64,000 nucleotides of DNA from the NCBI GenBank assembly GCA_040904565.1, contig JBBDTI010000013.1, positions 120,268 through 184,267 of the forward strand, in the 5' to 3' direction. Numbering within the stretch: the stretch's first letter is position 1; the number at the start of each line of letters is the position of its first letter. The notes under the pieces were generated by a model that was not told the origin of the DNA, made no database searches, and saw nothing but the letters and a program-made list of their open reading frames with translations. A program made the position numbers and the translations under genes. This DNA comes from Rhodothermales bacterium. Lineage in GTDB: Bacteria; Bacteroidota; Rhodothermia; Rhodothermales; VXPQ01. This document shows positions 18,666 through 28,367 of this stretch, in pieces.

Positions 18666-19277
18666 ATGCGTACGGATGCGTACAAGTCGATACGGGGGCC
18701 TGCCGCTGCCGAAATGAAGGTTCGGGGCTCCCGGTTTATCGGAGAGGCGATCCCCGTGCGCGACGAAGAGGAGGCCGCGCTTCGAATCGACGAAGTGAAA
18801 CGGCGAGAGCACGCCGCGACGCACCACTGCACGGCCTATCGCCTGGGTCCTGAGGGGGACGTCTTCCGGTATAACGACGACGGGGAACCGGGCGGTACGG
18901 CCGGGCCGCCGATTCTCCGGCAGATCGAATCTCGTGACCTAACGGATATTCTCGTCGTGGTCACCCGGTACTTCGGGGGAACGCAACTCGGTACGGGTGG
19001 TCTCGCGCGAGCATATGGCGAGGCGGCGGAACAGGCGCTCGAAGCGGCCGACGTCGTAACTCACGTTATATTTACCCGCCTCTACGTGTCTTTCCAGTAC
19101 GACGACACGTCGCCCGCCATGTACACCATCGAACAGTACGGCGGGCAGGTGGTGGCTTCGACGTATTCGGAAAAGACGGAGCTGACGCTCGACGTGCCTT
19201 CGAGCCGGGTCGATGCATTTGAGGAAGCCTTTGTGGACGCGCTAGGCGGTCGAGGTGAGATAGGCCGAGGAGTGTGA
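18666..19277 (+). CDS. yigZ: YigZ/IMPACT family protein
   Basis: 'GSRFIG', 'ATHHC.AY', 'DDGEPGGTAG.PIL', 'VTRYFGG..LGTGGL.RAY'. Confidence 0.92.
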   Translation: MRTDAYKSIRGPAAAEMKVRGSRFIGEAIPVRDEEEAALRIDEVKRREHAATHHCTAYRLGPEGDVFRYNDDGEPGGTAGPPILRQIESRDLTDILVVVTRYFGGTQLGTGGLARAYGEAAEQALEAADVVTHVIFTRLYVSFQYDDTSPAMYTIEQYGGQVVASTYSEKTELTLDVPSSRVDAFEEAFVDALGGRGEIGRGV

Positions 19278-19285
19278 ACCGCGCG

Positions 19286-19726
19286 TTACATCTTGTATTC
19301 CTCCATGGCGGCGACGGCGACTTCGTCGACGAGGTTATTCATCTCGTCGTCCGCATGGCCCTTTACCTTGACCCAGCTGACGTCGTGACGTTCGCTGACA
19401 TTGAGGAGTGCCTCCCAGAGATCCTTATTCTCGACCGGTTTCTTGGAGGACGTTTTCCAACCGTTACGCTGCCATTTGTCGAGCCAGCCCTGCGTAAACG
19501 CATTATGGAGATAGGCGCTGTCCGTATGCAGCGAGACCTTGCAGGGTTGCTTCAGGGCGCGCAGTGCTTCGAGCGCTGCCGTTAATTCCATGCGGTTGTT
19601 CGTCGTCATCCGCTCTCCGCCTGAAACGACCTTTTGATGCTCGCCGTGGCGCAGCAATGCCGCCCACCCGCCGGGGCCGGGATTGCCGCTGCAGGCTCCG
19701 TCCGTGTAGATGATGATCTCCTTCAA
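19286..19726 (-). CDS. rnhA: Ribonuclease HI
   Basis: 'YTDGACSGNPGPGGW', 'TTNNRMEL', 'TDS.Y', 'VKGHA...N..VD'; probable TTG start at 19726. Confidence 0.96.
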   Translation of the reverse strand: MKEIIIYTDGACSGNPGPGGWAALLRHGEHQKVVSGGERMTTNNRMELTAALEALRALKQPCKVSLHTDSAYLHNAFTQGWLDKWQRNGWKTSSKKPVENKDLWEALLNVSERHDVSWVKVKGHADDEMNNLVDEVAVAAMEEYKM

Positions 19727-19875
19727 AACCGGATGTGAACGCTGGATATGATGGGTACAGAACCGCACTAACGTAAGGTCGGTTGGAACACAATTGCAGG
19801 TGTATCCGCTGATAGCGGGCGAAAACGCCTTGAAGATCGTCGTAGCTAACACGTACTGAGGCCGCACCGAATCCT

Positions 19876-20898
19876 ATGAAATTCGTCGACTACGTTACCA
19901 TTACGGCCCGGAGCGGTCACGGCGGCGCCGGTTCGGTTGCCTTTCGACGGGAGAAGTACGAACCGAAGGGAGGACCGGCCGGCGGTGACGGCGGTGACGG
20001 CGGCTCCGTCATACTTGTCGGAGACGATAATCTGTATACACTGCTCGATCTCCGGTACAACCGGCATCACTTTGCGGGTAGTGGAGAGGCGGGAGCCGGA
20101 AACAATCGAAAAGGCAAGGACGGGGAAGACATCGTCCTCCGCGTCCCGCCGGGGACCGTCGTGAAGCTGACGGAAACCGGAGAGGTTATCGGTGAGATCG
20201 CCGAACCGGGAGATCGGATGGTGCTGGTCGAGGGAGGCCGGGGTGGAAAAGGTAACGCCTTCTTCAAATCTTCGACCAATCAGGCACCGCGCCACGCTCA
20301 GCGTGGGGAGCCGGGAGAAGAGAAAGACATAACGCTGGAGCTGAAACTGTTGGCCGACGTTGGGCTCGTCGGTCTGCCGAACGCCGGGAAAAGTACGCTC
20401 ATCTCGACCATGTCCGCCGCGAAGCCGAAGGTGGCGGATTATCCGTTCACGACGCTCGAACCTGCGCTTGGGGTGGTCTACGTCGGCGACTATCAGTCGT
20501 TCGTAATGGCTGACATTCCCGGCATCATCGAGGGAGCCCACGAAGGAAAGGGTTTGGGGCTTCAATTCCTGAAGCACATCGAGCGAAATGCCGTCCTTCT
20601 GTTCGTGATTCCGATCGACTCAAAGGATCTGGCTGGAGAATATGAGACCCTGCTCGGTGAGCTGCGCTCGTACGACGAGGAGCTCCTCAACAAGCCCCGC
20701 CTGGTAGCGCTATCTAAAATAGATCTTCTGCCGCCGGAGGAGCGGGATTTATTGCCGGAAATCGTGGCGGATGAGTTTCCTGACGACCTTCCGCTGCTGC
20801 CCATCAGCGCCGTCGCGCAAATCGGGCTCGATGAGCTCCGACATCGACTATGGTCCATCGTCCGTCGCCGGAATGCCCAGTATGAGGCCGTGGAGTGA
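19876..20898 (+). CDS. obgE: GTPase ObgE/CgtA
   Basis: Gly-rich Obg fold; G1 'GLPNAGKS', 'YPFTT', 'DIPG', G4 'SKID'. Confidence 0.97.
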   Translation: MKFVDYVTITARSGHGGAGSVAFRREKYEPKGGPAGGDGGDGGSVILVGDDNLYTLLDLRYNRHHFAGSGEAGAGNNRKGKDGEDIVLRVPPGTVVKLTETGEVIGEIAEPGDRMVLVEGGRGGKGNAFFKSSTNQAPRHAQRGEPGEEKDITLELKLLADVGLVGLPNAGKSTLISTMSAAKPKVADYPFTTLEPALGVVYVGDYQSFVMADIPGIIEGAHEGKGLGLQFLKHIERNAVLLFVIPIDSKDLAGEYETLLGELRSYDEELLNKPRLVALSKIDLLPPEERDLLPEIVADEFPDDLPLLPISAVAQIGLDELRHRLWSIVRRRNAQYEAVE

Positions 20899-22055
20899 GC
20901 CGACGGATGTACGCACGGACTCGACGGCCCGCAGCGGGCGACCGTGACGAGGAACGCGCTCTCATCGCTCTGTCACTCGTTCCGGGGGTGGGGATCGGTC
21001 GGATTCGTTTACTTCTCGCTGCGTTCGGCTCAGCACGAGCCGTTTTATCGACTCCCCGCTCCGTTTTGAGCGGCGTTCCCGGCATCGGGTCGCGTACGGC
21101 CGAACGTATCGCTCGCTTCGACGACCTCTCTACGGTGGATCGACAATTTGAACGGGCCCGCCGGGTAGGTGCGGAGTTCATTTCGATGTGGGACGATCGG
21201 TATCCCTATCTCCTTCGTAAGATCTACGATCCGCCGCCGTTTATCTGGGTTCGAGGCCGGATGCCGGTCGCCGATGGCGCAGAACGGGCCCTGGCCATCG
21301 TTGGAACAAGACGTGCCTCCGCATATGGAAGGAGAACAACCCACGACATCTCCCACATTCTGGTTCGACTCGGGTTTACGATTGTAAGCGGACTTGCCTA
21401 CGGTATCGACGTGGCATCCCACGCGGCGGCGCTGGAAGCAGGCGGCCGTACCATCGCCGTTCTAGGATCAGGTGTAGATCGGGTGTATCCCGCACGGCAC
21501 CGCCGCCTTACTGAGGACATCGTGCACCGTGGTGCCGTCATATCTGAGTTTCCAATGGGAGCAAAGCCGGAGGCCCAGAATTTCCCTCGGCGAAACAGGG
21601 TCGTAAGCGGACTCTGTCTCGGTACGATCGTCGTGGAAGCTCGTGAGGACGGCGGTGCCCTTATTACGGCGCGATTGGCGCTGCAGCAGAACCGCGAAGT
21701 GTTCGCCGTACCCGGCCCGATCCATAGTCCGGCCAGCGCCGGTACGAACCGGCTTATTCAGGGGGGCGAAGCGAAACTCGTACAGACGGTAGAGGACATC
21801 CTCGATGAGTTGGGGATGCGAGCCGATGCGGAAGATCTCTCGCTACCGACCATCGACGTGGCCTCGTTGTCACCGGAAGAGCAGGCGCTTTGCAAGGTTC
21901 TGTCGCCCGAACCCATGCACATCGACGCACTGTGTGGTGCCGCCGGCCTCGAACCGGCCGTCGCGCTGGTGCATCTGCTCAACCTCGAATTCAAGGGCGT
22001 GGTACACCAGCAGGCCGGAAAGCATTTCTATCTTTCCGCATCAATAAATCCGTGA
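20895..22055 (+). CDS. dprA: DNA-processing protein DprA
   Basis: 'AIVGTR', 'SGLAYGID..SH', 'FPRRNRVVSG', 'GALITA'; GTGA overlap with the obgE stop. Confidence 0.95.
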   Translation: MSRRMYARTRRPAAGDRDEERALIALSLVPGVGIGRIRLLLAAFGSARAVLSTPRSVLSGVPGIGSRTAERIARFDDLSTVDRQFERARRVGAEFISMWDDRYPYLLRKIYDPPPFIWVRGRMPVADGAERALAIVGTRRASAYGRRTTHDISHILVRLGFTIVSGLAYGIDVASHAAALEAGGRTIAVLGSGVDRVYPARHRRLTEDIVHRGAVISEFPMGAKPEAQNFPRRNRVVSGLCLGTIVVEAREDGGALITARLALQQNREVFAVPGPIHSPASAGTNRLIQGGEAKLVQTVEDILDELGMRADAEDLSLPTIDVASLSPEEQALCKVLSPEPMHIDALCGAAGLEPAVALVHLLNLEFKGVVHQQAGKHFYLSASINP

Positions 22056-22075
22056 TCGGATTATCCCATCTACGT

Positions 22076-23134
22076 ATGAAGTTGATTTTTTCTATATGTG
22101 CTCTCGGCGTTATCGCCGCCACGCTCCTCCCGATCTGGAAGCACGAGGCCTGGTGGATCCGCATATTCGATTTCCCCCGCCAGCAGATTGCCGCCGGCGG
22201 TCTCGCGATTGCGGCCGGATATGCGTTGATGATACCGCTGGCGACACGATTGGACGTGGCGATCCTGATCGTGCTGGCCGTCTGTTCAGGCTATCAATGC
22301 TGGAAGATCGTGCCGTACACGCCGCTCCATCCGCCCCAGGTGAAGACTGCCAGAACCGAGGCTCGTTCGTGTGGACGCGTCTCCGTCCTGATTGCCAACG
22401 TCCTGATGGAGAACCGGGAGTCGGACCGATTTATCGATCTGGTCCGCGAGCATGATCCTGACGTACTGCTTACCGTAGAGACGGATCGGTGGTGGGTCGA
22501 CGTCCTGTCGTCGCTTGATGGTTCCTATCCGTATAGCGTCAAGGTGCCGCTGCCGAGCACGTACGGCATGACCCTTCAATCGCGCCTTGAAGTGGTTGAA
22601 TCCGAGGTGCGCTACCTTGTCGACGACGGGATACCTTCGATCTACGCCCGCATCATGCTACCCGAGGGAACGGCGGTACGTATATATGGTCTTCATCCCA
22701 GGCCGCCGGGGCCGACGCAGGATGCGGATACGATCGATAGAGACGCAGAGGTACTCGTCGTCGGCCGGGAGGTCCGTGCGTCGGACGAACCGACGATCGT
22801 GATGGGCGATCTGAACGACGTGGCCTGGTCCTATTCGACGAATCTGTTCCAGCGAATCAGCGGAATGCTCGATCCTCGCATCGGACGCGGCACGTACAGC
22901 ACGTTTCACGCCGGGAACGTGCTCATGCGCTGGCCCCTGGACCACTTATTTCATTCGGGCCATTTCAAACTCGTTCGCATCGAACGACTGCCCGCCTGGG
23001 GGTCGGATCATTTTCCGATGTTCGTCCGGTTGCAATATTCCGCTAACGGTGAGGAGGTTCACGACGTGCCGGAAGCCGGACGCGCGGCGCGGTCCGAGGC
23101 GATCGAGAAGATTGACAAGGCCTATGACGATTGA
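22076..23134 (+). CDS. Membrane-anchored endonuclease/exonuclease/phosphatase family protein
   Basis: Three N-terminal TMs; 'ANVL', 'GDLND', 'PLDH', 'SDHFP'. Confidence 0.9.
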   Translation: MKLIFSICALGVIAATLLPIWKHEAWWIRIFDFPRQQIAAGGLAIAAGYALMIPLATRLDVAILIVLAVCSGYQCWKIVPYTPLHPPQVKTARTEARSCGRVSVLIANVLMENRESDRFIDLVREHDPDVLLTVETDRWWVDVLSSLDGSYPYSVKVPLPSTYGMTLQSRLEVVESEVRYLVDDGIPSIYARIMLPEGTAVRIYGLHPRPPGPTQDADTIDRDAEVLVVGREVRASDEPTIVMGDLNDVAWSYSTNLFQRISGMLDPRIGRGTYSTFHAGNVLMRWPLDHLFHSGHFKLVRIERLPAWGSDHFPMFVRLQYSANGEEVHDVPEAGRAARSEAIEKIDKAYDD

Positions 23135-24257
23135 TGAGATCCGGGATCGGTTTCCGCACGTTCTCCGGACGACCTATTTAAACCACGCCGCGACGGCACC
23201 GCTAAGCACACCGGTTGTGGCAGCCATCCGGAGGTACGTCGAAGAACGCCACGAAACGAACGTCGAGAATTTCGGCGCATTCCAGGATGTTGTAGGTGCG
23301 GCACGACAGCGCATTGCTCGACTGATCGGGACCACCGTCGACCGAGTCGAGTTTGCTCCCAACACGTCGTACGCGCTCAACGTTCTCGCACGAGGACTCG
23401 ACTGGAGGCGCGGTGACCGCGTTGCCGTCCCCGGCTGCGAGTTTCCAGCCAACGTGTATCCCTTCCTGAATCTCGGACACCTGGGGGTGGAGGTGGACTT
23501 CATTCCGCACGATCGGGGGGTGATTACGATGAAGGATATCGAACGCGCGCTCCGCCCTGCTACGCGGTTGCTCGCCATCAGTTGGGTCCAGTATCTCTCG
23601 GGATATCGGATGGATCTTCAGGAAGTTGGAGAGCTCTGCCGGCGCAAAGGAGTACTCTTTTGCGTCGACGCGATCCAGGGGCTCGGTGCGCTGCAGCTCG
23701 ATGTCGAAAAGGCGGGGATCGACTTCCTGGCTTGCGGCGGACACAAATGGCTCATGGCGACGCAGGGTATCGGGTTTCTTTACGTTACGAAGGGTCTCCA
23801 GGAGCGGATCAGGCCGGCGGCGGGTTGGCTGCACGGGCCTGTCGACTGGGATCGCCTCGACGATTACGAGCTTCGTTTCCATCCAGACGCCTCGCGTTAT
23901 CGGCTCGGAACGATGAACCATATCGGCGTGGCCGCGCTCGAGGCTTCACTTGGACTCTATGAAGCGGCCGGTCCGGCATGGTGCGAGCGGAGCGTGCTCG
24001 AACGCGCCGCCGAGCTCGCCGACGGTTTGTCCGATATCGGACTGATTCGCTACGGCAGCCCGGAGGCCGAGCACGCGTCCGGCATCGTCTCGGTCGAGCA
24101 CGAGCGGGTCGAAGAACTGTATGCTTACCTTTCGGCGCGGGATGTCGAGGTGGCCGTACGTCAGCAGAAACTCCGGTTCTCGCCGACGTACTATAACTCG
24201 ACGGACGAGGTGAGCCGGGCCCTCGAATGCGTTGCATCATTTCTGAAGGAAAAGTAG
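23124..24257 (+). CDS. Class V PLP aminotransferase / cysteine desulfurase-like
   Basis: 'YLNHAATAP', 'EFPANVYP', 'VDAIQGLG', 'GGHKWL'. Confidence 0.9.
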   Translation: MTIDEIRDRFPHVLRTTYLNHAATAPLSTPVVAAIRRYVEERHETNVENFGAFQDVVGAARQRIARLIGTTVDRVEFAPNTSYALNVLARGLDWRRGDRVAVPGCEFPANVYPFLNLGHLGVEVDFIPHDRGVITMKDIERALRPATRLLAISWVQYLSGYRMDLQEVGELCRRKGVLFCVDAIQGLGALQLDVEKAGIDFLACGGHKWLMATQGIGFLYVTKGLQERIRPAAGWLHGPVDWDRLDDYELRFHPDASRYRLGTMNHIGVAALEASLGLYEAAGPAWCERSVLERAAELADGLSDIGLIRYGSPEAEHASGIVSVEHERVEELYAYLSARDVEVAVRQQKLRFSPTYYNSTDEVSRALECVASFLKEK

Positions 24258-24259
24258 GC

Positions 24260-25348
24260 GTGGACGAAGAGCGAGTCGAGCAAATCGTAACCCTGGAAGT
24301 CCCGGCCGGCTACGAGGAAGGGATGCGCATCGACAGGTACATCACGCGCTTCCTTCCCAACGTTTCTCGCACGAAGGTTCAGATAGGCATCGAGGAGGGC
24401 TGCGTCACGGTTAACGGAGTCGCTGTCGACAAGAGCTCGTACAGCGTCCAGGCCGCCGACGTCATCGTGTGCGCGGTGATGAGGCCACCGCCTATCGAGG
24501 CCCGGCCCGAGCCGATCCCTCTCGACGTGGTATACGAGGATGACGATCTGATCGTCGTCAACAAAGAGGCGGGCATGGTCGTTCACCCGGCCTACGGACA
24601 CCGAACGGGCACGCTCGTCAACGCGCTGCTGTACTACGTGGGGGCGGGCTCTCTCGAAGTCGAATCGGACGACGAGGACCTGGATGATGATGAGGTAGGA
24701 CTCTCGACGGCGAACGCGCTGCCGCGACACGAAGGCGACCCCGCCATCCGGCCCGGGATCGTGCACCGGTTGGACAAGGATACGTCCGGACTTCTGGTCG
24801 TCGCCAAGAATGACGTTGCCCATCGTCTACTCGCCCGCCAGTTTGCCGACCATTCGATCGAGCGCCGGTATGTTGCCGTTCTTTGGGGGATTCCGGAGCC
24901 GCGCTCAGGACGCATAGAAGGAGATATCGGGCGTGACCGACGAGATCGCAAGCGCATGGCCGTCGTCCCTCCCGGAGAGGGCAAGCACGCCGTTACGCAC
25001 TACGAGACGTTAGAGACGTTCGGACATACGTCCCTGGTCGCTTTCAGACTCGAAACGGGGCGTACGCACCAGATCCGCGTTCACGCGCAGCATATCGGTC
25101 ATCCCGTGTTTTGCGACGCGACGTACGGAGGACGAGCCGTGCGATTCGGTCCGGCTTCATCGAACCGAAAAGCGTTCGTCCGCAACCTTTTCGATGGCCT
25201 GGACAGGCATGCGCTGCATGCCGAGACCCTCGGATTCGTACATCCTCGCTCCGAAGAGCGCATCTCGTTTCAGGCCGATCCGCCGGAAGATATGCAGCAT
25301 GTGATCGATCGGCTTCGAACTATTGAAGGGGATCGGGCTGACTGTTAA
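24260..25348 (+). CDS. rluD: RluA-family 23S rRNA pseudouridine synthase with S4 domain
   Basis: 'RIDRY', 'NKEAGMVVHPA', 'GIVHRLDKDTSG', 'LETGRTHQIRVH'. Confidence 0.9.
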   Translation: MDEERVEQIVTLEVPAGYEEGMRIDRYITRFLPNVSRTKVQIGIEEGCVTVNGVAVDKSSYSVQAADVIVCAVMRPPPIEARPEPIPLDVVYEDDDLIVVNKEAGMVVHPAYGHRTGTLVNALLYYVGAGSLEVESDDEDLDDDEVGLSTANALPRHEGDPAIRPGIVHRLDKDTSGLLVVAKNDVAHRLLARQFADHSIERRYVAVLWGIPEPRSGRIEGDIGRDRRDRKRMAVVPPGEGKHAVTHYETLETFGHTSLVAFRLETGRTHQIRVHAQHIGHPVFCDATYGGRAVRFGPASSNRKAFVRNLFDGLDRHALHAETLGFVHPRSEERISFQADPPEDMQHVIDRLRTIEGDRADC

Positions 25349-25503
25349 GATGCTGTGCAGATCAGGGCGCGATTCACGGGGTTCGCGAACAAGGCCCATA
25401 CCAGGACGTTATGGGCTCTTGTATGCGGTCGTGCCTACGGCGCCCTCGCGCCGGAGTCTCAGGGACGGCGGAATCTCCCGCAACGGATCGACATGGATCA
25501 TTT

Positions 25504-25992
25504 ATGCCCGCGACGAGATTGTTGGAAATTCACGATCTGCTGACTCCCAATACCGTCCGCGTCGATCTTCCCGGGTCGACGAAGGAAGAGGTGCTGGACG
25601 GCGTCATCGCTCTGCTTGAGGACCACCCGGCCGTGGAGGACCTGGAGGCGGTTAGAGCCGCCATACTGAGTCGCGAAGCGGTTATGTCTACCGGTGTCGG
25701 AAAGGGTCTTGCTCTTCCGCATGCCAAGACCCCGGCGGTGCGCGAAAGTGTGGCGGCCTTTGCGGTCACGCGGGAGCCCATCGATTTCGGCTCGATCGAC
25801 AACCATCCCGTCCGCCTGATCTTCCTTCTCGTGGGAACAGACGCCGCCAAGTCGGAGCACATCAAGATCCTTAGCCGCGTTTCACGGCTCATGAATCGAG
25901 AACACGTGCGCGAGCGGTTGCTGGACGTGTCGAGCCGTGATGACGTACTTCAGATCTTTGCCAGCAGTGAAAGTGACCTTCTCGATGGATGA
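25504..25992 (+). CDS. PTS EIIA-2 domain protein (PtsN/FruA-IIA-like)
   Basis: 'REAVMSTGVG.GLALPHAK' phospho-His motif; 'DFGSID..PV.LIF'. Confidence 0.92.
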   Translation: MPATRLLEIHDLLTPNTVRVDLPGSTKEEVLDGVIALLEDHPAVEDLEAVRAAILSREAVMSTGVGKGLALPHAKTPAVRESVAAFAVTREPIDFGSIDNHPVRLIFLLVGTDAAKSEHIKILSRVSRLMNREHVRERLLDVSSRDDVLQIFASSESDLLDG

Positions 25993-26051
25993 GTCGGTTC
26001 CACGTTCCCACCTTTCGTCCGTAACCTGCCCTTCATTTCTTCCGGAGCTTC

Positions 26052-27365
26052 GTGTCCACCACCTACCAGACCATTAAGGGTACGTTCGACGTGTTGCCCG
26101 ATCCGTCCACGACGGACGGTTCGACGATCCCGGGCAGTGCTGGATGGCAGTTCGTTGAGGCTGCGATTCGCAGGGTGATGGCCCGCTTCAACCTCGAGGA
26201 GATCAGGACGCCGATTCTCGAGGAAACGGAGCTGATTGCGCGAGGTGTCGGCGAACTCACCGACATCGTAACGAAAGAGATGTTCGCTTTCGAGCGCGGC
26301 GACGATCACTATGTGCTACGTCCTGAAATCACGGCCCCCGTAATGAGGGCTTATCTTCAGCACCACCTCGAGCAGCGGGGCGGCGTCCAGAAGCTGTATT
26401 ATATCGGTCCGTGCTTTCGTGCCGAGCGGCCTCAAAAAGGCCGATATCGGCAGTTTCACCAGTTTGGATGCGAGCTGATCGGCGCTGACGATCCGCGAGC
26501 GGACGTAGAGACGATCGCCCTGATGATGGCCGTGTATGAAGAGTTCGGGCTCCAGCGATGCTACCTGCGCATCAATACGCTGGGCGGCGCTGAGACCCGT
26601 CCGCGGTACAAGGAAGCTCTGACAGCATATTTCGAGCCGTTCCGAGACCGCTTGTCCGAAACGAGCCGGAACAGGTTGGCGTCGAATCCGCTCCGCATCC
26701 TCGACACAAAAGACGAGCGTGAACGGGAACTGCTGGAGGAAGCGCCCCGCCTCATCGATTTCGTCGATGAGGAAAGCCGCGCACACTACGAGCAGGTAAA
26801 GATGTATCTTGACGATCTGGACATCGAATACCGGGAGGATCCGTTTCTTGTTCGTGGACTCGACTACTACACCCATACCGCGTTTGAGCTGGAGAGTCCG
26901 GATCTGGGGGCGCAAAGTGCGCTGGCCGGAGGTGGACGCTACGATTTGCTGGCGAGCGACCTCGGAGCAAATCGGCGCGTTCCTGCCGTGGGATTCGCGG
27001 CCGGTTTGGAGCGACTGTTCCTGGCTCTCGACGCTCAGAATGTGGCGCTGCCCGCCGCCGTCGTACCGGACGTGTTTCTCGTAGCGCTGGGGGATGAGGC
27101 CGCTCGGTGGGTCTTCGGTCATGCGCAGCGTCTTCGCCGGGATGGCCTGCAGGTCGGGCTGGATCTGAAGGGGCGGTCCATGAAAGCCCAGATGCGGGAA
27201 GCAAATCGGCAGAACGCTCCCTTCACGATCATCGTCGGCCAGAACGAGCTGGAAGCAGGCAGGGTCCAGTTGAAGGAAATGGAGTCCGGTGAGCAGGTCG
27301 AACTGCGACCGGAAGAGGTGGTTGACTACGTGCGGGAGCATCGAGCAGCAGCGAAAACCGACTAG
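26052..27365 (+). CDS. hisS: Histidine--tRNA ligase
   Basis: 'LRPEITA', 'FRAERPQKGRYRQFHQ', 'LVRGLDYY', 'GGGRYD', 'GFAAGLER'. Confidence 0.98.
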   Translation: MSTTYQTIKGTFDVLPDPSTTDGSTIPGSAGWQFVEAAIRRVMARFNLEEIRTPILEETELIARGVGELTDIVTKEMFAFERGDDHYVLRPEITAPVMRAYLQHHLEQRGGVQKLYYIGPCFRAERPQKGRYRQFHQFGCELIGADDPRADVETIALMMAVYEEFGLQRCYLRINTLGGAETRPRYKEALTAYFEPFRDRLSETSRNRLASNPLRILDTKDERERELLEEAPRLIDFVDEESRAHYEQVKMYLDDLDIEYREDPFLVRGLDYYTHTAFELESPDLGAQSALAGGGRYDLLASDLGANRRVPAVGFAAGLERLFLALDAQNVALPAAVVPDVFLVALGDEAARWVFGHAQRLRRDGLQVGLDLKGRSMKAQMREANRQNAPFTIIVGQNELEAGRVQLKEMESGEQVELRPEEVVDYVREHRAAAKTD

Positions 27366-27394
27366 TACCCCGCGGCCTAACCCGAGCAGAGTCC

Positions 27395-28330
27395 ATGTAT
27401 CCCCGATTAAGCGACATATTCAGAGATCTGTTCGGGTTCAGTTTGCCGTTTCCGATCTATTCGTTCGGGGCGATGGTGGCGCTCGGTGTGCTGACGGCGA
27501 TGTGGCTCACCCAGCGTGAGCTCGATCGCATGTACGCCGAGGGCAGGCTGAGCAGCATTCGAATTCAGGACGATAAATCCGGCAAGCGGGGCCGACCCGT
27601 GACGCGCGAGGCCAGTCCGTCCGCCCTCATCGGTACGGTGACCGTGCTGGCCGTCGTGCTGGGCATCGCAGGTTCGAAGCTGTTTCACATCCTCGAGAAT
27701 CTGGATACGTTCTACGCCGACCCTCTCGGCATGATCTTTTCCACGGGTGGACTCACGTTCTACGGCGGGCTGATCGTCGCGGGGGCCGGCATCGCCTGGT
27801 ACGTGCGGAAGAAAGGCCTGAGTCCGCGCGCCTTCGCCGACGCTTTCGCTCCGGGATTGATGATTGGCTACGGCATCGGACGGATCGGCTGCCACCTGGC
27901 CGGAGATGGTGATTGGGGCATCGCGGCAGATATGAGCCTGAAGCCTGAATGGCTGCCGACGTGGATGTGGGCGGAAACGTACCCGAACAACATTCTGGGT
28001 GCCGACCTCGCTGCGCCCGGCGTTTATCCGACGTCGATCTACGAGTTTCTTTTTGCCGCGCTGCTTTTCGGTGTGCTTTGGGTTTTCCGAAAGCATCCCT
28101 ACCGCGGCGGCTGGCTTTTTTCCTTCTACCTCCTGCTCGCCGGTATCGAGCGCATGCTCATAGAGCAGATTCGCGTGAACAACGAATTCGACCTGCTCGG
28201 GATGACGGTGACGCAGGCCGAGCTGATCTCGTTTGCGATCATCCTCGTTGGCGTCGTCGGACTTGCGCTGACTTCGAAGCGGCGAACTCCGGATCGCAGC
28301 GCCGAGGAAGCCGTCGCATCGGCAGCCTGA
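27395..28330 (+). CDS. lgt: Prolipoprotein diacylglyceryl transferase
   Basis: 'GGLTFYGG', 'GRIGC..AGDGDWG', 'PTSIYE', 'R.LIE.IR'. Confidence 0.92.
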   Translation: MYPRLSDIFRDLFGFSLPFPIYSFGAMVALGVLTAMWLTQRELDRMYAEGRLSSIRIQDDKSGKRGRPVTREASPSALIGTVTVLAVVLGIAGSKLFHILENLDTFYADPLGMIFSTGGLTFYGGLIVAGAGIAWYVRKKGLSPRAFADAFAPGLMIGYGIGRIGCHLAGDGDWGIAADMSLKPEWLPTWMWAETYPNNILGADLAAPGVYPTSIYEFLFAALLFGVLWVFRKHPYRGGWLFSFYLLLAGIERMLIEQIRVNNEFDLLGMTVTQAELISFAIILVGVVGLALTSKRRTPDRSAEEAVASAA

Positions 28331-28367
28331 TCCCTGGTTTGCCACGAGTCCTTTCTACTTCCTGCCG

